Shown piece by piece: positions 28,000 through 38,286 of a stretch of 64,000 nucleotides of DNA. Each line of letters starts with the position of its first letter. Position 1 is the stretch's first letter. Under the pieces are notes generated by a model, which did not search any database, was not told the DNA's origin, and was given only the letters and a program-made list of their open reading frames with translations. Made by a program: the position numbers and the translations under genes. Origin of the DNA: Thermoanaerobaculia bacterium (GTDB lineage Bacteria > Acidobacteriota > Thermoanaerobaculia > Gp7-AA8). Location of the stretch: NCBI GenBank assembly GCA_041750915.1, contig JBGSYJ010000241.1:1067-65066 (forward strand). The letters run 5' to 3'.

Positions 28000-30900
28000 C
28001 ACTGCACCTGGATCGCGAGGTTCGGCGTGTAGTCCCCGAACCAGGCCACCCACTCATGAATCATCAGCCACTGGAAATTGTAGCTGCCCGCCGTCGCCGG
28101 CGCCGTCACATTGAACGTGAACGTGTGGTTTGCTCCCGGTGCGACCGACACCCCGGACGGAACGTTCACGCGGTTCAGGCCCCACCTGGTGTTGTCCTGC
28201 GGGTTCATCGAACCGAGCCGGAACTCATTCGTCACCCAGGTACTCGTGCCGCTGTTGGTGAGCGTAATCGAAACCTGGTAGGTCTGCCCCCGCGTCATCG
28301 TCATCGGCACCGACTGCGACACGAATGTCGACCGGTCGATGTTCGGCGCGACGTTGATTACGAGGTTCGGCGTATAGGCACCAAACCAGGCTACCCACTC
28401 GTGGATCATCAGCCACTGGAAGTTGTAATCGCCCACGGTCGATGGCGCGGTGACGTTGAAATTGAACGTATGGTTCGATCCGGGCGGCACGGAGACTCCA
28501 GCCGGAACGTTCACCCGGTTCAGCCCCCATCTGGTATTGTCCTGCGGATTCATCGACCCGAGACGGAAGTCGTTCGTGACCCAGGTGCTCGTGCCGCTGT
28601 TGTTCAGTGTGATGGAGACCGGATACGTCTGCCCCGGAATCATCGCCGAAGGAACGGATTGCGAAACGAACGTCGACCCATCGACGGGAGCTGCTGGCGC
28701 GGAGACCGCCACCACGACATTTGGTGTGTAAGCGCCGAACCACGCGACCCACTCGTGAATCATGAGCCATTGAAAGTTGTAGTTTCCTGCCGTCGAGGGT
28801 GCGGTCACGTTGAACGTGAACGTATGGTTCGCGCCTGGCAGAACCGAGGTTCCCGCGGGCACGTTCACCCGATTGAGTCCCCATCTTGTATTGTCCTGAG
28901 GGTTCATCGAGCCGAGACGGTACTCGTTGGTCACCCAGGTGTTCGTACCGCTGTTCTTGAGCGTGACCGACACCGAGTAGGTCTGCCCGGCAACCATGGA
29001 GGTGGGCACCGATTGCGAAACGAAGGTCGAGTTGTCTGGTATTACTGCCTGCCATGAGAGCTTTGCCACCGCTCCGCCGGCAGCCTCGAAGTACTCCATC
29101 ACGACCGTGTGGTTACCTGCCGTCAGGCTGATGTCAGCGGTATAGCTCGTCGGAGCCTGCGGGATCCATTTATCGATTCTCAGCACCCCATCGACATACA
29201 GCCGTACTCCGTCGTCGGTGGTCGTCGTGAATCTGTACGTCCCCGCCGCGAACGAAATCGTTCGCGTCCAGCGCGCCGAGAAGTTGTCAGCGGGAATACC
29301 GCAGGCCGAACTCGGGCTTCCCACTCCCCAGTCGAAGTTCAGGTCGCCCGCACCATCGTCGCGAACCAACACAGGCGAACCGGTCAGTCCCGTGTTGTTG
29401 AAATAGTCACCCTTCCATCGATCTGCTGCGACAGAAGCGGTGCAGTTACTGCTCACGACATTCACGGGAACATTGGTGCTCGACGCCCCGAACCATTCTA
29501 TGAATTCCCGCACCATCCTCCACTGGAAGTTGTAGGTTCCGGGAGTCGTCGGTGCAGTGACGTTGAACGTAAACGTACGGTCGGTATTTGGCGGAACCGT
29601 TGTACCGTCAGGGATCAGAACTCGCTTGAGTCCCCAGGTCATATTATCGAGCGGGTTGGCGGATCCGAGTTTGTAATCCTCCGCCGCCGTCCAGGTCGAG
29701 CTTCCACTGTTTCTCATTGTCACAGAGACTGCGTACGTCTGTCCGGGTGTCATCGTCGCCGGCACGCTCTGCGAAATGAACGTCGCGCCGTTCGCAAGCG
29801 ACTGGGTAATGGTTGCGAGGTTGCTGAAGACGGATCCGGTCGTCGTCGTGCTCGAGGGCGAAACGAGCTCGTCTCCCATACTGGACTTCGCAACGCTGTT
29901 CCCGGATGTGGAGCCACAGGCATTCGTAATCCGGACCCAGTAACTCGTCGGTTGAGTAGGCGTGACATCGAGATAAGGAACATTCGTTCCAAGAGGAATC
30001 GTTCTGTCACCCAACGGGCCCTGATACCACTGATAGCTGAGTGTTCCATTGCCGGAAGCCGTGACGGTCAGCCGTGTCGTGGTGCCGGCAGGGACCGACT
30101 TGCTCTGCGGCTGCTGCGTGATGGTCGGCGGGGCGCACGCGAGGCCCCCAGAGAATGTGATCTGGGACGGGCGGGGCATCCCGTGAGGATCGGCGAACTG
30201 ATCCGTCCTCACACCATTGCCGTGGTCGATCGATTTGAGCATGCCGCTAGGGTGATAGCCGATGTCGGACGCGAGCGTTGGAACGATGCTGAAGCCGGCG
30301 TTCCCAGTGGCTGAAATGGACTTGAGAAGTCCCCGCTGATAGGTGTTTGATACTGAGGCGACCGAGCTCTGGCCGCACTCGACTCCTGGAAGAATGCAGG
30401 TGGGGTATGTGAGGCTCGTTGCTCCCCCGAGTGGATCATAGGCAAACGACTGCTGGAACTTCTGGACAACGGAGTTGTCCTTCTTCACTTCCGTGAGCTT
30501 GACTGTCGCACGGCCGGCATCGTCCTGATAGAGGTACTGTTCGGTGACGATCGCGGTTCCGAATGTGGGACCGTAGTTGTGACGGATTGCGTGCGTGAGT
30601 TTTCCGCGGCTGCGGTCGCCGGGGCCTGCGCCTGCCCCGAAAACAAACTGCTTGAGGTCGCGAAACGACGTTGGTGCATTCGGATTTCTGCTTCGAACAT
30701 TCGTGAGCCGTTCCGCCGAATCGTAGGCGTACTGAAGGTCGAAGGTAGCGTAGTTGTAGCCGGGAGGAGGAACGGTCACGTTCGGCCAGGGCGCGTTCGG
30801 AAAGGTTCGCGATCCGGCGTGTCCCCGAGCATCGTATGAACCGTGCTGAATCTGTCCCGTCTCGGGATGCGTTTCGCTGGTCAGGAATCCGCGAAGGTCG

Positions 30901-33605
30901 TAGGTGAAAAGCCGTGACTGCGAGCCGTCGGGACCTACCATGCCCACGCTCACCAGCCGGTCTCCAACATCGTAGCCGTACGTTGTGGTAATTGTGTTCG
31001 GCTCGTTTTCGATCACGTATTTGAGCCTTCCGAGGCTGTCGTTGAGATGCGTGACGACGGCATTGCTGCCACTGATGCTGCTCGTTTTCTTCGTCTCGCG
31101 CATTCCCTGGTATGTGAACGAGGTAACGGAGCTGTCCGGTGCCGTGATCGTACCCACACGCCCGAACGGATCATACCCGCCATAGATGGTCCAATGGCTG
31201 GACCCGCGTTCGGAGACCCGGTCGAGCCAGCCCATCGCGTTCCTTCTGGTCTCTCGAACGGGTAAGCTTCCATCAGGCATCAGTTGCCGTTCCTTCCACA
31301 CGCGCCCGAACGAATCGTATTGAACGTCAGCCTGCGTCAGCATGGTGTTGGAAGAATCGAACTGCTTGATCACGACCGTGGCCGGGGCGCTCGCGCCGTT
31401 TGCATTCAGGTATTCGTAGGTGGTGCGTGCGGCTCCCTGAGGTGTCACACTGGTCAGCCGTCCCATCGCATCGTACAGGTAGGACGTCGGCACGAGCGCG
31501 GTGTCTCTCGAGGACGAAGCGAGGCCGGTGTTCGGGTCGATCGTCAGGTCCAGTCCGAGGAAACCACTTCCATAGTGCTGGGACGTTGCGAGCGAGCCGA
31601 ACTGGTAAGTGTGATCGATTCGATACGTAGGCGACACGACGGTTGCGAGGCATCCGCCCGCCGTTGGAATGGGCCCGGTATCCCCTCCTGACCACTCCTC
31701 GCGGATCACATTACCGTTGGTGTGGTCGAAGCGGGTCAGAATATCCGTCCCGGTCGGGCTGGATCCATTGTGGAGCACACGACGCCCAGACAGGAAGCCA
31801 TTATTCGAGTCGAAACAGAAGAGGGTCTTTTCGGTCGAGGAGCCTTCGGTGCGGGTGACACTGTCATACCGGCCCAGGATCCATTTCGCGGGCGGAACGA
31901 TCGTGCCTACATTGTAGTTCGTGGTGGTGCTGCGCAGAACTGCGGAAGATTGGTCCGCTAGAATAGTCTGCCGATAGCGGCCGTAGCCTGCGTAGTCATG
32001 ATGAAGCGTATCGACGTACTTGCCGGCGTCGTCATGGAAGACCGTCCGCTCTCCTGCCAAACGCCAGTTGGCTTCGAGTTCCGGCGCGTCGCTGTCGTAT
32101 CGCACGTAACTCGATCTAAGCAGTTGCGGGGACGTGCATTGGCCTGTGGGGGGACAGTCGAACGATTCTGTCGAAAGGAATAGCGTTTCCGGACCCGCGG
32201 CAAGCATTCTGCTGACGGACGCTTGCCTCGTGAAGGGTTTGCCGTATTCGTGTGACAGCGATCCGTTACAAGAGGCAACATTGGTATCGGGCCAGGCTGA
32301 AAAGTGATGCCTCGTGCGGTCCCCCAGCGGGGTAGTAACGGTGTTGCTGAATTTATGGGTGCCCGGTGGAGCGGGGGCGGCGCAGGAGGTCGGACATGTG
32401 GACATCAGGTCCAAATCGGGTTGGTATGTCCATGTCGCCGCCGGCTCTCCATGCAGGCCAGTGAACGCTCTCGTCACAACCCCCGGCCCGGCACTTAGAA
32501 ATTGATCCTCAAAATCGCAGCTCCCCGACGGAAGCAGGTAATTGCCAAAAGTCCAAGCGACGGTTCCACCAGTGGGTACTGATGCACTGACCACGATTCC
32601 ACTGTCACAATTTGATCCTTGGTTATATTGGAAACTCCAGGATGAGCCGTCGGGCAGCCCGATTGAGTTGAGCAGGGCAACTTGGACGTTCCGCTGTTCC
32701 TGCGGTGTGAACTCCGTACACCCCCGAGCAATAAGAACCGCGTTGGAGGAGTAGTTGAAGTTGTACACCGCCGGCGCCGGCTGTCCCCCTCCCGGCGGAG
32801 AGAACCGCGGCACCGAGATCGAGCTCACAACGTCGGCCCATCCTGTCTCGAGGTAATTGAGTCTCTGGAACTGTACAGTTGTCACTCTCTGGAACTTGTC
32901 CGTGATCGTCCAGTTCAATGGACCGTACGTGATCGTCACTTCATTCCCGAATGCGTCCCTCATTTTTGTCAGCCGCATCGACGTACCTGCTGTCCCGCGC
33001 GTGAACGTATGGACATGGCCGTCCTGGTGATGAACCTCCGCGTGCAGGTCCGACACTACGTGAAGCCTGAGGAAGCTGCTGTTCTTGGTGTAAAAGTATC
33101 CTGACGCTCCCACCAGAAACATGTGATCGGCGCCGTCGGGACTTTCGTAAATCCAGGCAGCGGGATTATTCTCGGAGGTCAGGCCATCCATGATCGGATC
33201 GTCAGCCGCAATGAGTCGTCCAAGCGATACCATCCATCCGATACCGGCATTGGCGCGTCTGTTGGGAATCGCCCGCACGTAAGGATGTCCGTACTCATCC
33301 CCGTAGTAATCCATTTTGCAGCTTTCCGCGAGAGGGTTGCAGTACGCTTCTTCGTGATCCCATAGCTTGCTGTTGTAGACTAGGCTCAGCCCATAGGTCA
33401 TCCCTCCATCGTTCGGCAGAGACCCCCCGATGGGTATCGACAGTTGCAGATTCCCATTAAAGAGATTGACGCTGTCGATGTCGCCGAACTGGTAGACCTT
33501 GTCCGCTGCAAAGCCACGCTGCAGATTGGGGTGCTGTTGCGCATGAGCCATCCCCGCCGTTAGAGCGATCACAATGAGGCTGGCTGCGAGCGAGAGCCGT
33601 TTCAT
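27999..33605 (-). CDS. Giant secreted YD-repeat protein with Ig-like, four NBR1-like (N_BRCA1_IG, FW motif) domains and a PA14 domain
   Basis: Signal peptide MKRLSLAASLIVIALTAGMAHA. Many YD repeats (YGYDVGDRL, FTYDLRGFL, YAYDSAERL). Four ~110-aa repeats STFVSQSVP...NTRWGLNRV...YNFQWLMIHEWVAWFG. PA14-like DRWKGDYFNNTGL...DDGVRLYVDG...AGNHTVVMEY. Confidence 0.75.
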   Translation of the reverse strand: MKRLSLAASLIVIALTAGMAHAQQHPNLQRGFAADKVYQFGDIDSVNLFNGNLQLSIPIGGSLPNDGGMTYGLSLVYNSKLWDHEEAYCNPLAESCKMDYYGDEYGHPYVRAIPNRRANAGIGWMVSLGRLIAADDPIMDGLTSENNPAAWIYESPDGADHMFLVGASGYFYTKNSSFLRLHVVSDLHAEVHHQDGHVHTFTRGTAGTSMRLTKMRDAFGNEVTITYGPLNWTITDKFQRVTTVQFQRLNYLETGWADVVSSISVPRFSPPGGGQPAPAVYNFNYSSNAVLIARGCTEFTPQEQRNVQVALLNSIGLPDGSSWSFQYNQGSNCDSGIVVSASVPTGGTVAWTFGNYLLPSGSCDFEDQFLSAGPGVVTRAFTGLHGEPAATWTYQPDLDLMSTCPTSCAAPAPPGTHKFSNTVTTPLGDRTRHHFSAWPDTNVASCNGSLSHEYGKPFTRQASVSRMLAAGPETLFLSTESFDCPPTGQCTSPQLLRSSYVRYDSDAPELEANWRLAGERTVFHDDAGKYVDTLHHDYAGYGRYRQTILADQSSAVLRSTTTNYNVGTIVPPAKWILGRYDSVTRTEGSSTEKTLFCFDSNNGFLSGRRVLHNGSSPTGTDILTRFDHTNGNVIREEWSGGDTGPIPTAGGCLATVVSPTYRIDHTYQFGSLATSQHYGSGFLGLDLTIDPNTGLASSSRDTALVPTSYLYDAMGRLTSVTPQGAARTTYEYLNANGASAPATVVIKQFDSSNTMLTQADVQYDSFGRVWKERQLMPDGSLPVRETRRNAMGWLDRVSERGSSHWTIYGGYDPFGRVGTITAPDSSVTSFTYQGMRETKKTSSISGSNAVVTHLNDSLGRLKYVIENEPNTITTTYGYDVGDRLVSVGMVGPDGSQSRLFTYDLRGFLTSETHPETGQIQHGSYDARGHAGSRTFPNAPWPNVTVPPPGYNYATFDLQYAYDSAERLTNVRSRNPNAPTSFRDLKQFVFGAGAGPGDRSRGKLTHAIRHNYGPTFGTAIVTEQYLYQDDAGRATVKLTEVKKDNSVVQKFQQSFAYDPLGGATSLTYPTCILPGVECGQSSVASVSNTYQRGLLKSISATGNAGFSIVPTLASDIGYHPSGMLKSIDHGNGVRTDQFADPHGMPRPSQITFSGGLACAPPTITQQPQSKSVPAGTTTRLTVTASGNGTLSYQWYQGPLGDRTIPLGTNVPYLDVTPTQPTSYWVRITNACGSTSGNSVAKSSMGDELVSPSSTTTTGSVFSNLATITQSLANGATFISQSVPATMTPGQTYAVSVTMRNSGSSTWTAAEDYKLGSANPLDNMTWGLKRVLIPDGTTVPPNTDRTFTFNVTAPTTPGTYNFQWRMVREFIEWFGASSTNVPVNVVSSNCTASVAADRWKGDYFNNTGLTGSPVLVRDDGAGDLNFDWGVGSPSSACGIPADNFSARWTRTISFAAGTYRFTTTTDDGVRLYVDGVLRIDKWIPQAPTSYTADISLTAGNHTVVMEYFEAAGGAVAKLSWQAVIPDNSTFVSQSVPTSMVAGQTYSVSVTLKNSGTNTWVTNEYRLGSMNPQDNTRWGLNRVNVPAGTSVLPGANHTFTFNVTAPSTAGNYNFQWLMIHEWVAWFGAYTPNVVVAVSAPAAPVDGSTFVSQSVPSAMIPGQTYPVSITLNNSGTSTWVTNDFRLGSMNPQDNTRWGLNRVNVPAGVSVPPGSNHTFNFNVTAPSTVGDYNFQWLMIHEWVAWFGAYTPNLVINVAPNIDRSTFVSQSVPMTMTRGQTYQVSITLTNSGTSTWVTNEFRLGSMNPQDNTRWGLNRVNVPSGVSVAPGANHTFTFNVTAPATAGSYNFQWLMIHEWVAWFGDYTPNLAIQVQ
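28002..29060. repeat. Intragenic tandem DNA repeats (~350 bp x3, with a diverged fourth copy at ~29480-29830) encoding the NBR1-like domains
   Basis: Near-identical segments seen at 28050, 28396 and 28752 (ccactcgtg[ga]atcat[cg]agcca[ct]tg[ga]aa[ga]ttgta). Confidence 0.7.
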
Positions 33606-34249
33606 CGCTGACCTCCCACCGCAAACACTTCGAGGCTCGCCGTGTCGAAGACTACGACGATGTCCTGGCCCCGCACATGGTCCGGCGTCGGTCCACTCTG
33701 TCCGATCGCCACCATCCTATCGATCGGCATACTGAACCTGCCGTTCAACTCCCCGTCGGCGTCCACTTTCGATCCGTCGTACGCGGTGATGCTCCAGGCG
33801 CCGACTCCCGGACGAGCGAAGAACACTTCGACGAACCCACGCTGCAGCTCGAGCCGGTTCAGTTGGCCTGGAGTCCCGGCCCGTAACCCGTTGCCCGGGA
33901 ACTGGACCTCTTTGATGGCGAAACCCTCGGGCGCGGCGAGCCTCAGGCGTCCCGTGGCAAGATCGACGACCGCCCAGACCGATCGCAGTGGGACGTCTCC
34001 GTCAAGAGCGTAGCGGACGACCCCGTCAGAATCGGCGTCAGTCTCGATCGCTTCTCGTCTCACGATGCGCGAGCGGTAATTGCCATACTCCCGAGCCACG
34101 GAGAAGATCGCAATCTTCTCGCCGCGCGAGACTCCTGAAACCATGACTGCGCTCTGCTCAAAGAAAACATTCATCGGTGCCGAGGGAGGGCCCTGAGCAA
34201 GAAGACTTGTACTGAAAATGACGAAAAAGAGAAAAATGAATGGTCTCAA
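33602..34249 (-). CDS. Secreted hypothetical protein (215 aa), first gene of the Rhs operon
   Basis: N-terminal signal peptide MRPFIFLFFVIFSTSLLAQG. The stop overlaps the start of the giant YD protein. Confidence 0.5.
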   Translation of the reverse strand: MRPFIFLFFVIFSTSLLAQGPPSAPMNVFFEQSAVMVSGVSRGEKIAIFSVAREYGNYRSRIVRREAIETDADSDGVVRYALDGDVPLRSVWAVVDLATGRLRLAAPEGFAIKEVQFPGNGLRAGTPGQLNRLELQRGFVEVFFARPGVGAWSITAYDGSKVDADGELNGRFSMPIDRMVAIGQSGPTPDHVRGQDIVVVFDTASLEVFAVGGQR

Positions 34250-35158
34250 CGAAGACTCCTTGGCGGGTTCTCTGCTCGAGCCCGTAAGGACCCGGATCGA
34301 CGGATGTTGTTGTGTGGGGCGTTCCCGAGGACGACAAGATTGGTGGCACCTTACAGAACGAGGCTCGCGCTGGATACTGACAATGTTTGATAGTTGTGAA
34401 TGCGAAACGAGGCTGCGGCAGCACTAGTGAGTTATCGGAAGCGCGGACTACGAGGAAATCGATTCTTCTGAGTGACTCGTGTTCAACGACGGCCGCTTGC
34501 GGCTCAGGAGCGCCGCATGAATACCGGAAGCGAGAGGCGGAGGTACGTCCGATTCTCAAATGCGTAGAGCGCTGGTTCGAACTGATCCGCTCCCAAGCTC
34601 CTGACTGATCGGCAAACTCTTAGTACGTCGGAAGCCGTTCGAAAGTACTCGCCTCTCGGAGTCGTGAGAATCAGTGTGCCGCCCTCCGACAGAAGTGATC
34701 CTTAGGTGGGCAAGAGCTCCGCCCGGCACGCAACGTACTCGATCACTTCGCACGCGATCACGACATCGAACGCTCCTTTCTCGTCCGGCGAGATGTCGAA
34801 CAGGTTTCTGGGGAACAGCCTGAAGTTGTGCGAGTCCGCTGAGGGATGTCACGAACTCATCCGCTCGCAGGCATTCACGACGACTCCGCGCCATCCCCAT
34901 CGCGAGGCCCCACCCAGCGCCACATCCCCGACGGCAACCTCGAGGACACGGCGTGGCGCAAGGTTCTGCGTGGCCTCGACTGTCACCAGCGCACGAAGAC
35001 GCCCGTTGCCGTGATATGAAGGAACGCTCGCGCCCGCAGGTCCCCCCTTCCGGATAACCTCTCCCGCGAAAGCGATTCCCAAGCGCCGGAAGACCGAAAG
35101 GCCCTTCGCACAAACGGCTTCGAATTCTAACGCTCCGGGACCAGGCGCGGTGATTCTC

Positions 35159-35602
35159 TCACCGCCGCGCCTCGATGCGGTACTGGTCGGGGGTCATGCC
35201 GGTCCGCTGTTTGAAGGCGCGAAAGAACGTGCGCTCCGTGCCGAATCCGGACTTGCCAGCGATCCGGGTAACGCTATAACGCCGGGAACGAAGCAGTCGT
35301 TTGGCGCACGCGATCTGTTGATCCTTAAAGTAATCGGAGAGTTTCACTCCCGTCCGTGCACGAAACAGTCGTGAGAGACCACCGACGGAGTAGTCAAGCA
35401 TGACTGCCAGTTCGCTCACATGAGGCGGTGACTCTTCGCTGAAACAACGCCTGAGGTAATTATTGACGTTACGAAGGAGCGCTCGCCCGGCCTCATCATG
35501 TCGGGAAGCGACACCGCGCATGACGGCTCGCGCTTTAATCTCAAGGGGTTCACGTTGCATGCTCCGCCTTTCCGACTCGGTATCTAGCTCGCGACCAGGC
35601 AA
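35159..35602 (-). CDS. AraC-family HTH domain protein (stand-alone or N-terminally truncated)
   Basis: C-terminal RLLRSRRYSVTRIAGKSGFGTERTFFRAFKQRTGMTPDQYR is the AraC-type HTH signature. Confidence 0.65.
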   Translation of the reverse strand: MPGRELDTESERRSMQREPLEIKARAVMRGVASRHDEAGRALLRNVNNYLRRCFSEESPPHVSELAVMLDYSVGGLSRLFRARTGVKLSDYFKDQQIACAKRLLRSRRYSVTRIAGKSGFGTERTFFRAFKQRTGMTPDQYRIEARR

Positions 35603-36679
35603 TCTTCGTTCGTACGGTCTTTTCGAGTCACATGTAAAGCCGGTCCGATCAGACGATCAAAACTGGGGCCGTTCTTACATCCCAAGGGTCCGTGCCTGCA
35701 TGGGGCGGATCCAGTTTCTATTTATTGGTGTGACGTGGGGAAGGTTTCCCTTATACCGAATGCCTCGCCAACTCCGCCACAAGTAGAGTTGGTTCCATGA
35801 CTTGGGAGGGCGGTCGGTTGCCGAGCGAGTTTGTTGAACCGCGGCTCCGTGCAAGCACTATTAGATGCTACCTGCGGGGGCGCAGCTGCGCCTGACATGC
35901 GATGACCGGGGGGTTGCTCACCGTGGCGAATGGGATCAGCATCTCGTTTAACCTAGCCAAGAGTCAGCTGCAGGGCGAGATTCTTCTCAAGCACGAACCA
36001 GCGAATCTGGTCGCTTGCCGATCTGGTTGTCCGCGTCTTCTTTAGGACGGGCGGATGCCGCCATAAGACGATTGCTCGAGGGATTCTCGCACGAAGTAAC
36101 GAAGGCCTGTCCCAAAGCATGTTCAGAAACAAAACGGCCTCGCGCTTGGTGGGCAAGCTCCGTATCACCTGAAATGGCCGTGCATCAAGACGTTTGAGCC
36201 TCCTGATTGGCCATCAAATGACTCCAGGCGGATATTATTCTGTGTCCCTTCCGCCTTCCTCGCGTTCCGTTCATCGCGTCCGCTCCCGCAGTTCATGGAT
36301 GTGCGCTGCTTTGATCGCGGTGACGCCAGCCCTAATCGTGGGGTCAGTGCAATAGGCTCTCGAGGAGAGCTCGAGCGCAGTACGCGCCTCGTAAAGTCGG
36401 TCTCGCAACTCCATCAGATCGATTCGTTTGATCGTCTTTGATCAGCGACAATTAGATCTTCGCCTCGTGTTGCCTCACCCGAGAATGTTACCGGAATCGC
36501 TCCTGGTCGTCTGCCTCGTTTTACTCCTGCTTTCTGGTGTTCTTTCTCGTCGCTAGCAGGGGCTGTGGGAGCTGTGGGAAACGCGGCTGTTTGCGTTTTC
36601 CAAGTCCTGTGGGAAGGTGCGGAGCAGCTTTCCACAGGACGTCAGCTTCCATAGCCCAGTTCCCTGTTCATCGTCGCGA

Positions 36680-38286
36680 TTACGAGATCAAGGCCGACAC
36701 TGGCTCTTCGGGACTGTGGCTGAACGGTATCGAATGGAGATCGACAGAGGCGGGCATGGCCACGATGAGCCTGCGAGCGGCGGCTGAGCGCCAATCTCGT
36801 ACCCGCCGCTGAAGAGTCCGCAGCTGACCATCGACAAACATGCCCGGGTGTTCCTGCTGTACGCGGTCGAACAGATCCGCTCCGGTTCGATCGGGTTCTG
36901 CCTCGAGCCAGGCGAGGATCGTTGGCCAGACCGCTTCGAACGGATCCTTTCTCGTTCGCCAGTCTCGGCGAGACTTTGGTCGTGCGCGATGGGTCGGACG
37001 GACCTCGCCCTCCTTCCACGCCGTGGCAAGACTGTCGAAGAGCACCTTGAGGTCCTCGTTCAACTGGGGCACATGGGAAGTCTGACCTTCCGCCTGCAGC
37101 GCGACATGATGCTGGACTGCACGAATTTCTCCAAGCAAAGCAAGGGGATCGAGCGTTTGCTGAACGACCCGAAGCCGCTCCTTGACGACGTCAGGTACTT
37201 GTGGAGAGGCAAGCAAAGCGTGCGCAGGGAGTCTCCGGAGCGTGATAACTCTTCAGGACTCGAGAGCCGACTCGCGTCTTGGTTGCCAGCTTGAACGAGG
37301 GCTGAAAGAAATTTACGAAGAGCCGTGCCGCGGCGTAGAGTCGCCCAAGCGCTTCAGCTCCGGTCCGCCCTTCCAGCCGGCCGGAGCCGACGAGCTTTCG
37401 AACTACTGCACCGTTCTTCTGCTCGACCCACGCCTGATCATTCTTTCGATACGGACGCGACCGTGTGAACTTGATGCCTTGTTGCTCGCAGTAGCTGATC
37501 ATCAGCTCGTTCAACAACTCACTCCCGTCGTCGACATCGAATCCGAGCAATGGAAACGGCATCATCGCGCGCAATTGTTCGAGTCCTTCGATGACCAACC
37601 CGGCCTGGCGGACGACCAGGGGTACGCACTCAGTCCAGCCGGTCGCAATGTCTGTGAGTGTGAGCGTGTGAACGAAACTGCCCGCGGCAGGAGTGCCGCA
37701 ATGCGCGACCAGGTCCCCCTCGACGTAACCTGGCGGCGGAGCATCCCAGTCGGCGAAGGTGCGCACTGGCACCTGACGACGAACCAGTGCCGTACCCGGC
37801 CGATGCACCACACGCCTGCCCGACGCCAGAGTGAGCAGGTTTGCGAAGTCGATCGATCGTTGCGGCGCTGACCTTGAGCACATGGGCGCGGACAACGCTG
37901 TCAAGCCGGAGATGTCCGTGTCGTTCCAGCGCTTCAACGAGTATGGTCAGCAACGACTTTAGTCGCTTGCCGCACACACGATCGGATGCTTCCCATAAGA
38001 TCACGAGCGCCTGTCGCACAGCCTCGTCGTAGACTCGACGAATGGCTCGCGCTCGGCCTGCCGGTTCGATCCCTTTCTCTGCGCCCAACAACACTCGGAT
38101 CGCGTGCTTGCGATGGTAGCCGGTGACCGCGACGAACTCAGTCAGGATCACTTTCTTCTCGGAATATGAACCGTTGCGGTATCGGTCGCCGATGGCTCTC
38201 GTCAGTTCCCTTCGTGTGGCCATGCTGATTCGCCTCCCCATCTCGCCCTCCCGTCTGGGAGAACGGTAGCAAACTTGATGAGGCAA
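36680..38286 (-). mobile_element. rve-superfamily DDE transposase split into three overlapping frames (degenerate IS; family not assigned)
   Basis: N-terminal piece 37630..38286 (MATRRELTRAIGDRYRNGSYSEKKVILTEFVAVTGYHRKHAIRVLL). Core 37191..37937 with DDE residues (GDLVAHCG, LLGFDVDDGSEL, AWVEQKNGAVVRKLVG). C-terminal piece 36680..37216. The pieces are in different frames. Confidence 0.6.

Noticed and set aside
26734-30314. Large + strand ORFs (26734..27384, 27828..29057, 29109..30314) and the minus ORF 26969..27727
   Set aside because: They overlap the Rhs/YD genes, whose frames carry clear domain signatures. The overlapping ORFs are Arg/Pro/His-rich with no motifs.
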